Part shown: piece by piece, positions 1 to 13,180 of the stretch
How positions within the stretch are numbered: the stretch's first letter is position 1
Layout of the letters: each line of letters starts with the position of its first letter
Source of the DNA: Vicugna vicugna
Lineage: Eukaryota
NCBI GenBank assembly: GCA_013265495.1
Contig: MU058059.1
Location: 2,767,502-2,831,501, forward strand
Length of the DNA: 64,000 nucleotides
Direction of reading: 5' to 3'
The notes under the pieces: generated by a model
Told to the model about the DNA's origin: nothing
The model's input: only the letters and a program-made list of their open reading frames with translations
Databases searched by the model: none
Translations under genes and position numbers: made by a program

Positions 1-206
1 GTCCATGATGGGTACAGCCTGCCCAGCGTCCCATCCCTCTGCCTCACTCCCACGCTCATCTGCGGGCTGGAGGATCCTGCCAGGGGAACGAGCACCCCGA
101 GATCTGGAGGTCCCATCCTAGCCACGTGGGGGCTCCAGCACCTGGCCGGGGCTTCAGAGGAGCTGGAGCTGGGAAGACGGGAGGCAGGTCTGCACCCAGA
201 GGGCGG

Positions 207-225
207 CCCCCAGCAGAGGGCGCTG
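207..225 (+). promoter_or_regulatory. Putative CTCF site
   Basis: CCCCCAGCAGAGGGCGCTG contains the core CCAGCAGAGGGCGC. Confidence 0.5.
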
Positions 226-3200
226 GGGCGCCCCGTGGAGGGGGACGGTCTTCGTCTCTGGCGTCTTGAGTCTTCTCGGTTGCCTGTTGAAATGGATCAT
301 CTCTCAGGAAAGAGTCACACACAGACACACCGTTCTACATAGACGTTCGGGCATCTTCCGACTTACTAAAATCCAGCCTGAAAAACCAATACACCCCAGA
401 TAAAAACCCCTGAATGAGAGGGGCTCTGAACAGAGAACTGACAAGTGACGTGAGGACGCTGATTGAAAGGCTTCAGATGAGGAGTGTTGTTTAATGGAAG
501 GCGGAAAAGCAGGGAGGGAAAGGGGAAGGATGTTTTCACACCACGTGGTGGTGAAAACAACGCTTCAAGAAGTTTAATTAGTATGGGATTATCCTGGAGG
601 GGAAAAACTGGAAACAAAGATAGCAGGGAGTAACCACCAGAAAATCTGGGAGAGAAGTGAGTCATTCAGACAACAGTAATGACAGCCGGGCCGTTGTAGC
701 TTTGGATTATTCAACAATCCAGGTTGCAGACGACTGAAATACGTTTTCTAATTTTAAATATGTTCTGGTCTCAAAACTGTTGATTTGTAAGTGTGTCTCC
801 TTCATTTAATGAAAGGGATAAGTCATTTTCTTTCTGTATGGGTAGTTTGGGTTGGTAGACTTTTCTTTCTGAAACTCAGCATTTTTCTTTGTCCATCCGT
901 TCAGTAAATATGAAGTGCTTTTTATGTACTAGGCTTTGTGCTGTAGCTAATTTAGTGTATTTTCCATCCTCTGGCCGTTTAAGATATTTACTTGTCTTGT
1001 TTCACAAATAGAAGACTTGAGGCCCACGGGGAGAAGCAGGGTTGAACAGAGGGGTAACTAACAAGTAGCTGAGTGTGTGCGGGCAGGACGCTGCGGGCAC
1101 CTCTCTGGTGTCTGGTGGGCCTGGGTAATGTGTGATCCCCGCCGTGCACCTTTTGCGCCGTGTACACTGGCCTTAGGAAACTCGCCCCTGCAAATCACGT
1201 GACTCATCTTTTACAAAACAAATGTAGGATGCAGCCACTTCCTTCTAAGTTTCGATGCTTCTCAAAAAGCAAATTTTCTATAATACATTCACATCTGAAA
1301 ATACTTCTTAACTAAAATTGTCTTGAATGCCCTGAAATGTGACATGGTGCATTTGGAGTCATCCTGCTCCCGTGTGGGCACCCGTTTGGAAGACCCACTG
1401 GTCCAGGGCTTCACAAGGGGGCTGCTCGGCAGAGCCAACGCTGATGGTAACAAAGAGACTCCACGTGGCGTGATCAAGTCCGAGCTCAGAACTCCCCATG
1501 GCAGGGGAGGGGGTCAACCGACTGAAATTGACACAGTTCAGGAAAAAAGCAATGACAGAGTGGGTGTCAGATCACCTATACTCAAGGAGAGTAAACTGTG
1601 TGGGTTTTCACAACCTAGAATTAAAACGGTAACATCTTTCATGCTTGGAGTCTCCAGGTGCTCAGTGTCGTGGTTTGGGATGCCAAGCCACACTTGCATA
1701 AACACAGGAAAGACAGAAACACTAGATACCGGTTAGTTACTTACCATCTATGGGACAGAACTGCCCTCACCTGGCAAGGACAGCCTGCGTCTCTTCGGCA
1801 GACGTCTGCTTCTCGGCCTGACATCCGCTTCTCGGCCTGACATCCGAAGAAGAGCCTCAGAATTCACCCACGGATTCCCGAGGACCTGCCTGCTGGTGGG
1901 GTGGCCGGCGGAGCGCGGGCGGGAGGCGACACCCATGAGAAGGCAGGTGCGAGGGAGGGAGGGCAGGAGGGAACAGAGGAACGGATGGGGAGTTGCCATG
2001 CACCCAGCACCAGCCGGGCAGCACAATACTCCATCCAGGCGAAAGGACACTCCCTGTTGGCCTAACCAGGTGTCTGCTGGCCTGAGTGGATTTTTATCTC
2101 CAATATCTGGGACTCCTTCTTTCTAAGTTAAGGGCCGGTCAGCGCCAGTTCTTGTGGTGACTTTTTCTTGAGGTGTGTCAATAAATCCAGGTACCGTTTT
2201 GGGGAGAGTCCATCTTGTCAAAATCACCTTGTTTCTCTGACTCTGCTCGTGCAGATACAGCCCCCCTCCCATCTCCACCTCGTACGATCAGCCTCGTTTG
2301 TCCATAACCATAATCTGCTAATCATCTGGAAAAGAGGAGCCCAGAAAAACGTCCTCCAGAGACTCTGAGCTAAGAACAAGCTTCTACATGCAGGTGACAC
2401 AAGTATGGGGCCTGAAGGTTAACAGCGGGATTACCTCCAGGTCCTCAGCTGCTGGGAAACAGTGGAAACTGTGCTGCACTGACTGCCTCCTGTTCACTAT
2501 CTTCCTTCTACGTTTCGTCCAATACTCTGCATGGTGTGGACATTTTCATAAGGATTTTAGAAAGATAAATACGGTGTGTATTTTTCCAGGTCAGATTCCA
2601 CAGCAGGCCTCTGAAGAGGTAAATACTGGTGCTCAGAACAGGACACTGCTTCCTGGCAAGTCGTTCTCGAGGCAGAGACTTGCCAGAGGGTCACTGCAAG
2701 TTCCGCACGCTCTACAGAGAGCTTTTGTCTCCTGTGTTCTGGTCTCCAGATGGAGATAAACACTTGAATTTTTTTCTCAGTAGAACTGAAAGAAAAAGAT
2801 TTTTTTAAATCACAAGCTAAGCTTTCAGTAAACAGCCTTTGTTTTTATTCCTCCAAGCACCAGGGTGGCGGGCACCTCAAGTTCAAATTCTACATCACTC
2901 GCCATTGTTCTTGCCAGCAGAGTTGTTCCCACGTTGTCAGTGGGTTGTGGGTTATGTTTGGATTCACTGCTCCTGTCCTGTTTGAGGTTGATTTAAAAGT
3001 ACTGCCCCGTAGAGTGGAGGATTCTCTAGTGTCCAGACTTCCACAGGGAGGCTTTGAGGAAGAGCGATTTGTACCCAAGCAGACGGTGACCTACCTGAGG
3101 ACATCTAAGTATTCCCAACACCCAGGGCCAAGCTCTCTGTGCAGGGCCTGCCTGCATCTCACTCTCCATCTGCAGTTTCCCAAGGGAAAATGAAGAATTG

Positions 3201-3577
3201 CAATAAACAGCTGACCCACAAACTTCCTTTCAAACAATAGTTTTTCTTCCCCAGATTAATTTCAGAAGCCACTGGCCAATTAGCTGATAGGTCAGATCAC
3301 AGACATCGCTCATCCCTGTGCCCTTAATAAACTTGCTCATGAGTCCTGAGAACGTTTAAAGACAGTTTGCAAATTAAAAGATGAAACCAAAATTAAATCG
3401 CGTTAGGTAGCATCCACCCCTGTTGTCAGAGATGCTACGGCAGAACCGTATCCCCCGAGTAACGGAACCTAAGTGAATACAGAGTGACTTGAAAACAGAT
3501 GATTTCCCACTGCTGAGCAGGTGCTGGGTCCTTGAGTGCCCTGCAACAAATGCTTTTTAAGTCTTTAAGAAGAATTT

Positions 3578-3890
3578 AGATGAACTTATTTACAAAAGAG
3601 AAACAGACTCACAGATGTAGAGAACGAGCTTATGGTTACCAGGAGGAAAAGGGGGTGGGAGGGATAAACTGGGAGCTCGAGATGTGCCGATACTAACTAC
3701 TATATATAAAATAGATAAACAACAGATTTCTTCTGTACAGCACAGGGAACTATATTCAGCATCTTGCAGTAACCTGTAAGGAAAAAGAATATGAAAACAA
3801 ATACATGTATATATGTATGACTGAATCACTATGCTGTGCGCCAGAAATTGACACAACATTGTAAACTGACTATACTTCAGTTAAAAAAAG
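3578..3890 (+). mobile_element. L1 LINE 3' UTR fragment (5'-truncated, artiodactyl-type)
   Basis: gaacttatttacaaaa..acagactcacaga..ttatggttaccag..gggataaactgggag..gcacagggaactatattca..gactatacttcagttaaaaaaa; same motifs recur at 36750-37055 and 50505-50800. Confidence 0.85.
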
Positions 3891-5599
3891 AGGAATTTGG
3901 AAGTGTTCCTCATTAGAAGTCAAAAAATTGTAGGATCTTTTGGAGCTGGGAGAAACTTTAAAAGTCTTCAAGTCCAGCTCCCTCATGATAGAATTCAAAC
4001 AGTTGAAACTTACAGTGCAGGTTGGTTTAAGAGACTTTCATCTGCATCCGTTCAGATGAGCCCCGTGTGCAGAAGGACTTGTGAACCGTATGGATGGACG
4101 TGTGTGTTTTAATGGGGTCTGTGCAGTGTTCAACTTAGGAGGAACGTCGTGGGTTTCATTCCTTTCAGGCCTCTTTCATCAAAAATCGCACAAACATTTC
4201 TGTGCCCCGACCAACTGTCGGCTAAGTACAAGGTCAGGAACACAGCGTGACTTAGGAATGACGCAGTGGGCCGTGTGTATAAAGGGCCAGCTAGTACCAG
4301 TCTGTGATTTCGCTGCAACGTCAGACGTGGGCCATGCTCAGGCTGTAACCCTAAACTGCTGAGCAGGTGGAGAAGTGAGGCCTGATTCAGCCCAAAACCA
4401 TTCTTTCTGAGTCCCGGGACCATGGTCCTTTACCCCCGTGGACTCCATGGTTTTGGACAAGTTTATCAAGGCAGCCGACTTGAGGTAGTGTCGGCCAGGG
4501 CAAGTTCTTTTTCTTGCCTTCTCTCTCAAAAGGATGCTTCTGGAGATTTCTCACTGCTGTTGAAAACCCGAGACTGCCTGCACTGAGCTATGTCTAGGGA
4601 GTTAGCTTACCCCTGTTTTATTCTTTTGTAAGATGCATTCTCTTTTTCCTTAAATCAAAGCGGATCCCACTTGTGTCGTGGGAAAAAAAGCTTAATTAAA
4701 GAAGAGAGAGGCTAATGGAAGCTCTTGTCCCTCTGGCAGTGTCCCCAAGTGGGTGGCTGGAGGCTTTCTCCTTGCGTTGCTTTTCCTTGACAGAAGGCGG
4801 GCAGGTCCTTGGGGTCACCCTCCCCTCCGTGCTGAAGGCTGCCATTCTTCTGTTTCTCCTTGATTGCCTTCTCTCTGTGCATCCGCTTTGCAGTGTGAAC
4901 AAGTCCACAGGATGAGTTCATGAGGGTTCTCTTTGGAGACAGGCCTGATGAATGCTCTGTGACTCCGCCAGCAGGAGGCTCTTGTGCTGTGAACATCTGT
5001 CACGTTCCTCCCTCGCGGGGCTGCAGACACTCCTCTGTCTGCCTCTTCTCAACTCTTCGTGCACTGGTTCCATCCAGCCTGTCCCGGGGATCGGGGCCCC
5101 TGGGAGTGTGTCTCTCTCTCTGCACCTAAGAGCCACTCTCCGCCGACCGCCCTCCCTTCTCTTCTAGACACGAGTTTCTCTTGGGAGGCTGCATCTTTAC
5201 GCCGCCACTCACAGCTGATTTATCTGCCTTCATCCTTCTGTTTCCGTGTCAAGAATGAAAACAGCCTTTGCGTTTCTGTTCACAGTGGTTCCGCTGCAAG
5301 CTGGCAGTGTTTGTGTAACTGCTGGGAAGGCGTGATTCTAGAACAGGGCTGATCGTCCAGAAAGAGCCAGATCCAGGTAGCCTTTCACTTAGGTAGATGG
5401 GGTTTCCAGAAATGCTGTGGAACATTCCAGTTCCAAGCCAAAGTCCTGCCAGGACTCACCCTGTTACTGGTCTTATTCCCAAATATTCCTTTGCTTTTGC
5501 AACATGGTCACAATCAAATATTTGAAACATGGCCCTCAGATTCCTTCCACGTACAAATGTGTTTTATGCCAGTAACTAGGACAAGGCTTTTTCACCTCC

Positions 5600-5690
5600 A
5601 AAAGGCAGTAGAGCAGAGTGGTTAATTAGGGTGTAGATGCTAGAGTTACACTGTTTGGGCTCAGATACCAGCTCTGCAGGCAATCTCCCG
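5600..5690 (+). mobile_element. MIR SINE fragment
   Basis: ggcagtagagcagagtggttaa..tgggctcagataccagctctgc resembles the MIR 5' region. Confidence 0.55.
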
Positions 5691-6598
5691 TAATTATTAG
5701 CTAAAATTCTTACCATGATCATTATTCCATCGATTCCAAGGACACATCTCTCAAAGCACACAGGCAGTCAGGCTTTAATGCAAGTCTAGTGTATACATAC
5801 ATAGTTTTCGTGAAAGCTGATACATCCTATTCCTGTTAAAGCTTCTCCCAGAGGGAGGAATCCCGGAGAACCACTTACATTTTCCCCAGCAGCCTGCATC
5901 CCCCCACCCCAGAGTACAAACACTGCCATCACTGTTGTTGACTTAAACAAACGTGGCTTGCAAAGACGATCAGCTACCTCACAAAGTGCAGAGAGCATAT
6001 TTTCCTTCAGTTTTTGAAGTCTTACAGACGTTGACCATCTCGGATAGCAACAGAGGACACCAGCGTGGGGTTCTGAAGGCTTCTCTCATGCTCCTTGGAG
6101 TCAGACTCCATGAGAGTGAAAGCAGCTCAGTTCCACAGGCCAGACCAGTTCCTTCCCAAGAGGCTTCGTCCAGACCAGTTTCCTACCCAGGAACCGCACA
6201 CGGGCAGGTTAGAGAGGCGCAGAGAAGGCTGAGGAACCGCTGGAAAGTAACATGGAGCTGAGAAGCGATCTGGGAAGGCGCATAAGGACGTCAGAGGGAG
6301 ATGGAGGGGAGCAGTGTGCTCTGGGCCAGTTTCTGCAGCTGGTCTCTCTTGGGTGGGGCTGATGAGGCTTGGCTGAGCAGATGCCTGAAAGTGGCCAGTG
6401 CCGATCTGAGCTCCAGAGGCTGGAGATAGAGTAGAACTGAAGGGAAAGAAATTCACTCTCCGGGCCACTGAGATTAACCTCACATAGTGGAGTCACAGCA
6501 AATAAGTGCAGGGGTCCCCCAGGCACAGCATATCAGCTTGGGAAAAGGACCATGGGGTCAATAGTTGATGGGTGTACAATGATCTTAAGAATTATTGT

Positions 6599-6737
6599 TG
6601 TATAGCTCAAGTGGTAGAGCACATGCTTAGCATACATGAGGTTCTGGGTTCAATCCCCAGTACCTCCTCTAAAAAGTAAATAAATAAGCCTAATTAATTA
6701 CCCCCCAAAAGAAAACCTTAAAAAAGTTTAAAAAAAA
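6599..6737 (+). mobile_element. tRNA-Ala-derived SINE (camelid Vic-1-like)
   Basis: A-box tagctcaagtggtagagc, B-box ggttcaatcccc, taaataaataagcctaatta..cccccc and A-rich tail. Confidence 0.85.
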
Positions 6738-9700
6738 CTGTGTTAAGAGAGTAACGTTACTTAAAAAAAAAAAGGAATTACTATTCTTTTAAAGTGAAAA
6801 AACATTCTCATGGTTATTATGTTCTTAAAAGGACATAAAAATACCAGTGAAATATTTGCATCATGCAATGAAACGTAGACATTACACTAGGGGGTAATCG
6901 TGCCCTTGGCTTTGAGTCCTCGAGGGTGACCCCATCCTGACCCACACCTGAAGCCTCACTGCTCACACCAGGGAAACGTGAAAGGGACAGTAACAGTTGT
7001 CCCAACAATTTATGGGCAAGTTTCCAAAACAAATTTTCTAGCAGCACAATCAGACGAATCTTATTCTACTTCTATTTTCAAGTCGAAAGTTTTTTTATGT
7101 TTTGTTAACGTTGAAAACATTTGTACCACTTTGAAGAATCTTTTCATTCTGAGTATGTTTTATAGATAAAAATATGTTTGTTTTTAACAAAACCCATCCT
7201 TGTGATTTAAATCCCCACACGGCGTATGTGGTGTGAGGGCGATCGCAGTCACGGCGTGTGTGGGCTGCGGGCGATCACAGTTATTTCTAACATGACTTCT
7301 TATTTTTTAATCTTTATTTAGGATTTTATTAACAGGTAAGTGTGTCTACATGGTTACGACTGTGTGTGTGTTTGTGTATCAGGAATAATTTAATTTAAGG
7401 CTTCTGTGGGTGATCTCGGGATTTTCACTTTGAAATGCTTCATTCAAATTAATTTTAACACACGTAGCTTTTGTTTAAGAAAAAAGACTTCTAAAAATAT
7501 TATGGCAAACTTAGGCTTCAAAGCCACTATTTTCATTTATTTTCTTATTTTAAGGTCTTAAAATAATGAGTGAGGAAAGGGAAGAAGGTATTTTGAATAC
7601 TTGGGTCATTTTGTTTTAATTTTTTTTAATGTGCTGCTCTATCTGCTTTTGCTGTGACTTGAGGCATAGTTAAGAGTGGTGTGGAAATGCCTGCACTTTA
7701 TCCTAGTGGAGCTAAATTAAGGAAAACCACAATAAAAATTATGGAAGCTACAGAAATTTGCAACAGAAAAAAGAAATGGTAATAATGACCAATCAAGGTA
7801 GGATGAACCCTTACTGGAACTAAAACACTAGGCAGCACAAATATGAAAAATGAGAAGGTGCCAACTGGAATTAAATACCAAGTTCCTGTATTTCTTAGGA
7901 AGAAAATGGCTATTGATTAAATTTATCTTTATTAAGACATATTAAATAATCCCTACTCTGTTATTCCTTATTGCTTTTAAATATTCCATAATTATTTCTA
8001 GTTGAGTAAGTGAGCAGGATGAGAGTCAGATGATTAATCAGAGAGCCGGGGGCTGGCGGTTGTGACCAGCACCGCAGACCGAGGTTCCCGGGCTCTTAGA
8101 TTTGTGTGTGGCCTCTCCATTAGTGCCTGGTTCACACCGATTTTCTCTTAATTAAATCTGACACGACCTTTTGGTGTCCAGTCAGGATTTCACATGTTCT
8201 AGTAATGCGCCTGGAAACTGACATCACGGGAAGCTAATGACCTGGAGAAGACCACAGCTCCTTGCACAGTCAGTGCTGCCACACTGTCTTATTCCAGCCT
8301 GAGAGGAGGGTTTTGGGGAGTGGCACGCGTGACGGAAACATCGTCATGTGGAGGGAAACGTGTGCAGGAGGCAGTGACGGTTCTTCCAGGTATCAGGAGA
8401 GCGCACGTCTTTTGAGTCAGTTTGGGAGAAGCAGGCTTATCAGCAAGTTCCTGCTCACCTGACCGTGCCAGGTGGCAGAGAAGACTCAGGTGGGGGAAGG
8501 ACCCGCTCCCGTGGAAAAAGGGATTTGTCTGGTGTGAGAGCTGTGGAAATTCAGTGACAAAAAAAGGCAGAAGCTCTATTTAATGTCATTAAGTCATCGC
8601 TTGTGACACCAGTCCTAAAAAAGCGTACTTCATTATAGCTCCAAAGTCTATTTTCTCCTGTTTTGCTAAATTAAACTTAAAATTCCACTGAATTTGTCAC
8701 TAAATTAAATTCCCACTAGGCCGGTGAACATTCTGACCCTGTAATTTTGGACATAAACGGTGTTTCCCCTGAGACCTATCCTTAGAAATGCTGCCATTTA
8801 TATTTTTGAATTTAGGTTGAATAAAATATGCCCAAGTTTTCCCCATCATCCAGCATTTCTCAGTGTTTGCTTCTAAATCTTTCCTTGATTTCTGTTGTTT
8901 CTTTTAAACAGTAATGGGGGAACATTCTTAGCGATTCAGGAAAATAAGCAAATTACATCCCATGCACCCAGCTACCTCCATTTCCTTGTTCTTTTTTGGC
9001 CACTGAAACCGAAAATTATAAAAATGCCATGATTTTAATGAAGTAGCCTCAGGAGAGAGCAACACTATCAAGTAAGTGTTGTTAAGGATCATTAATTATT
9101 AACGCAGATGCCAGCTGTTTTCTGTGTCACCGTCAGCGCTTTTGTGACACACCAGGCTGATTCAGTCCGTAAACACGGCAGCAGGTTTCACCTTTTACAT
9201 TGCAGTCCTGCGGAAATGAAAGGCTACTGAATGTAAGGTTATAGATGGAAGTGTTCTGGAAGCAAAGTATTGAAAAATCACGTAAAGTTTTGTCATAAAA
9301 ACTTACTCAGAAACCACTGAAGGGACATCTGATGATCTGAACGTGGAGTAACTGACCTCAGAATGCTTATTCTAGATTATTGCCAGCAGCAGCAGTAAAA
9401 ACAATGGATCAGAAATTTAGGGCCCCTGTATTCCATGAGCAAGAGCTTGTAAATGAACGCATGAATCGTAGGTCGCTCTTTTCCACGTCGAGAGTCCCCT
9501 GTCAGGGGTCCCCGGTTCTAATGGAGAGAGCTGGAGCCCGGCCAGCGCCCTGAGCCGGGACTCCAAGTTACCTGCAGCTGACAGCCCTCAGGGTCCCCGC
9601 CCCTCGCTCTGCACTGCGCCCACGCCACCCATCACCCCTCTGCTCCCTGGACCAGTCATGTGGTCGGAGACTGATGTTCACAAACAAGGCTTTGCGGGTC

Positions 9701-11221
9701 ATTCTGAAATTGTAGAAGTGCAGATGGGCTGACGTGGGTTGGAATCCCGACTTCAGAGTCTGGTGACTTTGCCCCTCAGCCCCCTCAGCCCAGGTCTCAC
9801 GTGAGCTGGAAATGCAGTAGCTGTGATGCTGAATGACTGAAGGTGCTTTTAGAGGGCTCATCCACGTGCCGTCCTCCTCAGCCCCTTCCCGGGTCCCCTC
9901 GACGCCCCAGCCCAGAGCCCGCGGCTGCTTTGCGGGCAAAACAATGGTCTCGCCCTAGAATTCATCTCGGTGTCATCCAGAACTGCCCTGGTCTTCCCCA
10001 GTCTGATCAAACATCAGCCCGTCCGTGACAGTGCGGCCCAGGCCTGGAAGCCCAGCTGAGCCCTGGCTCTGCCCTGGGGAGCCCTGGGCTTGCGGCTGGC
10101 CGTGCCTGTGGGCACTGTCCCCTGCCCAGCACTGAGGGCAGTAGTTCGCTGGAGTCTTTTGGATCCGCCGTGCAGATCGGTAGTGCTTGTTTGGATTTGA
10201 ATTTGGCGAAGTATCATATCACGGCTGTGTAATAAAATTTTTATTAACACTGCAAAAGGGACAAAATAAAGATAACTCCTTCCTCCCCAAGGAGTCATCT
10301 CCAGGAGTCACATGCCGCTGTGTCTGGGAGTCCAGACGTCGCCGCCTGGACCTCGTTTCCACTGGCCGTGGGGACGCCAGGGAGCCATTCTGAAAACGTG
10401 CTTTGTTAGTGCCTTTAATCCATCTGGAGGAAGTACTCTAAGACCTTCCCTCTCGTTAACCGACATGAAGCACGAGCTCCTTACTGCTCTTTACTGTTCA
10501 TGGGCAACGTTTTCCTGTCTCTTGGGAGTTTCTGTCCAAAAAAATAGCCTCGCTGCCTCCGCTCTGGAGACTGACGTCTGCGCCCTGCAGGGACTCAGAG
10601 CTTCCCTCTGGACTCAGCCTTCTGATGCCTAGGCTCGTGGGCCCGCCTCCTCCAGGCCCTCCCTCCCTTCCATCCTTCCGTCCTTCCTTCGTCGTGGCTA
10701 TGGACACCTTGTCGTGCTTCTGGCTGTGCCCGTCCCTGTTAAAACCTCCTCTCAAACAACCAGATGCTCCTTCCCCTGACGCGCCCGGGCTTTCGGTCTG
10801 CAAGATCCCTTCCGAGTTGTGTCCTTAACGTCTGTCTTCTCCTACTACTCTTAAAATCGGAACCCCCAATTTTTATCAAAATTTCATGTTTTCTCCCAAG
10901 CTGGCTGGCTCCCTGTGCGTCCTTCCCCCCTCAGGTGGCATCGAGTCGCCCCCTGAACATTCCACCTGGAGGACCTGCTGCCCTCATCCCTCCCGTCCAA
11001 GTCATAACCAGTGTGCGCTCCTCCACAGGAGGGGAAGTAGCACTCCTACTGTCTCTCCGCCGGGAAAACACAGTCTCTTCCTGACTTCAGCCACCATAGA
11101 CACATCACTGGCAGGCAGTGGTCTTCAAACTGGTTCTGCTAGTGGATCGCCAAAAGAAGTTGGAGAAAATGATGTACTTCCTTTGAACTACTAAATTACT
11201 AGCTAAATTTTTCATCAAAAA

Positions 11222-11370
11222 AGGGAGGAGGGTAGAGTTCAGTGGTAGAGCACACGCATAGCATGCACAAGGTCCTGGGTTCAATCCCCAGCACCTCCAC
11301 TTAAAAATTAATTTAATAAATAAATACATAATTTAAAAGACTTAATTACCTCCTACCCCCCAAAATAAAA
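11222..11370 (+). mobile_element. tRNA-Ala-derived SINE (Vic-1-like)
   Basis: ggagggtagagttcagtggtagagc..gaggtcctgggttcaatccccag-type head; taattacctcctacccccc tail. Confidence 0.85.
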
Positions 11371-11377
11371 TTGTGTC

Positions 11378-11550
11378 ATTTTTTTTGTTTTTTTTTTAAT
11401 TGAAATATGGTCAGTTACAATGTGTCGATTTCTGGTGTACAACATCATGTCTCAGTCATACATATACATATACATAAATTTGTTTTCATATTCTTTTTCA
11501 TTAAAGGTTGTTACAAGATGTTGAATATAGTTCCCTGTGCTATACAGCAT
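11378..11550 (-). mobile_element. L1 3' end fragment, antisense
   Basis: Poly-T followed by aattgaaatatggtcagttacaatgtgtc..atatagttccctgtgctatacag, the reverse complement of the L1 tail at 3578-3890. Confidence 0.8.
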
Positions 11551-13070
11551 CATATACTTATGTAAGTTTATTTGTTAATAGGAGGTAGAGAATATTAAAT
11601 TAAATATTTTCTAAGATAAAATGAGGTTCGAAGTCATTAGAATAAATACTTAATGGTATGTGATAAGTAGGTTTTAATCACATTGCCGATTAAAGGACAT
11701 CAGACCTGAAGGAAAACACATGGAACGTTCCTCCCTGGGTTTCATCTGGGAAAATTTGGCAGGTCTTACAGAACAATCCAGTTTCATTTCAAAGAATAAG
11801 CATTAGCAGCCTCTACAGCTTCAGGTGTTATGAATTCAGAGCATCTCCACTTGAACCAAAATACCCTGTTTCAGACACCAGATTTTGCCCTTAACTAAAA
11901 TACGTTTCAGACAGGGAAGGCGGGAGGCGCTGTGAGTTTCCAGAGTCAGCTTTTCAGTCACCCGTTGGTTTCCCACCTGCAGGTTTTTCACGGGGGCGTG
12001 TCCATGGTACAGTTGAGACAGGGGAGGGTTTGGTTGGGCTCGAGAAGGACCGCTGTTCATGGAGCTCCTTCTCAGGGAGATCAGTTTGGGCGGAGTCCAC
12101 AAAGCTCTTAAGTACCTGGAAATGACTACTTTTGGAGTGACTCGTTTTCCCCTTGGAACATCGCCGTGTGTCTGCAGTGGTGTGCGCGTCTCAGGTGAAC
12201 TGCAGGAGGACGCCGACCTGACTGCGCTTTGTATGCGAGCGTGGTGTGTTCTTGCCGTAGCTCTGTCTTATACGACTGCCAGGGTCTCGAAAGTAGAGGC
12301 CGTGTTTCTAGTCCCCAGCTCCGCATCCCTTCCCGTTTCTCGCAGGATGCCTGGCACAGAGTGGGCCGAGTGCTCATCTGCGGGTGCAGGCCCCGCACTC
12401 AGATTCCTATGGGGCCAGGGAGGGGGTGTGGATTAGTGAAGCCAGCTGGGGATGCGACCGCAGGGCACTGAGCAACTGTGTGCGCTGGACGGGCAGACCG
12501 CGTCCCCAGACCACCGAGGGAGACCTGCATCCAAACACTAGTGCCGCAACGTTGCCTGCTGTGCAGAGGTGGGGAGTCATGCCTCCTTGGAAAACTGGCC
12601 TGAAGAGGTGACTTTCCATCTCCCGAGCTGAGAGCGGCGGACGGGAGGGCGTGATCTGAAGCACATGGAGAGGAGGGGTCCTGGCAGGGGATCCTCAAGG
12701 GGGTCCTGGGGAGGTGGCCCCTCATTAAAGGATCTGGGTTTTACACAATGGAAACTCCTTGGAAGACTTTTCCTTAAGCAGGAAAATGATGTTTTGCAGA
12801 AACAACTGAGGCTGAGATGGAGAGAACAGGCCGGGAGGAGCCCGAGAGTGAGGCTGCGCTGGTCATTCAAGGGCGTGTGGCTTGGGCTGGTGGCAGGGGT
12901 TGGGGGTGCCAGCGGGGGGAGTCAGCCGGGACGTGCTGGGTTCTGGAAGCACCCGGGTGCAGGAGAGGACGGAGCTGCCCAGAAGCGGACTTGGGAGAGG
13001 CTGTGCTCATGAAGTTGGACTTCATTCTGTGGCAGTGGGTCCGTGGAAGGTTTAAAGAGGGAACTGGCCA

Positions 13071-13180
13071 GGGGGCGGGGGCGTGTAGCTCAGTGGTAGG
13101 TCATGTGCTTAGCCTTCGTGAGGTCCTGGCTCCCATCCCCAGTGCCTCCATTTAAAGAGAAATGAAGAAATGAAAATAAA
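13071..13180 (+). mobile_element. tRNA-Ala-derived SINE (diverged)
   Basis: gtgtagctcagtggtag..cttagc..gaggtcctgg..ccccagtgcctcca plus A-rich tail; approximate gaggaact duplication on both sides. Confidence 0.8.

Noticed and set aside
2575..2625. Possible 29-nt cryptic exon (tttttccag 2590-2618 gtaaat)
   Set aside because: Short pyrimidine tract, weaker donor and no clear branch point; expected by chance.
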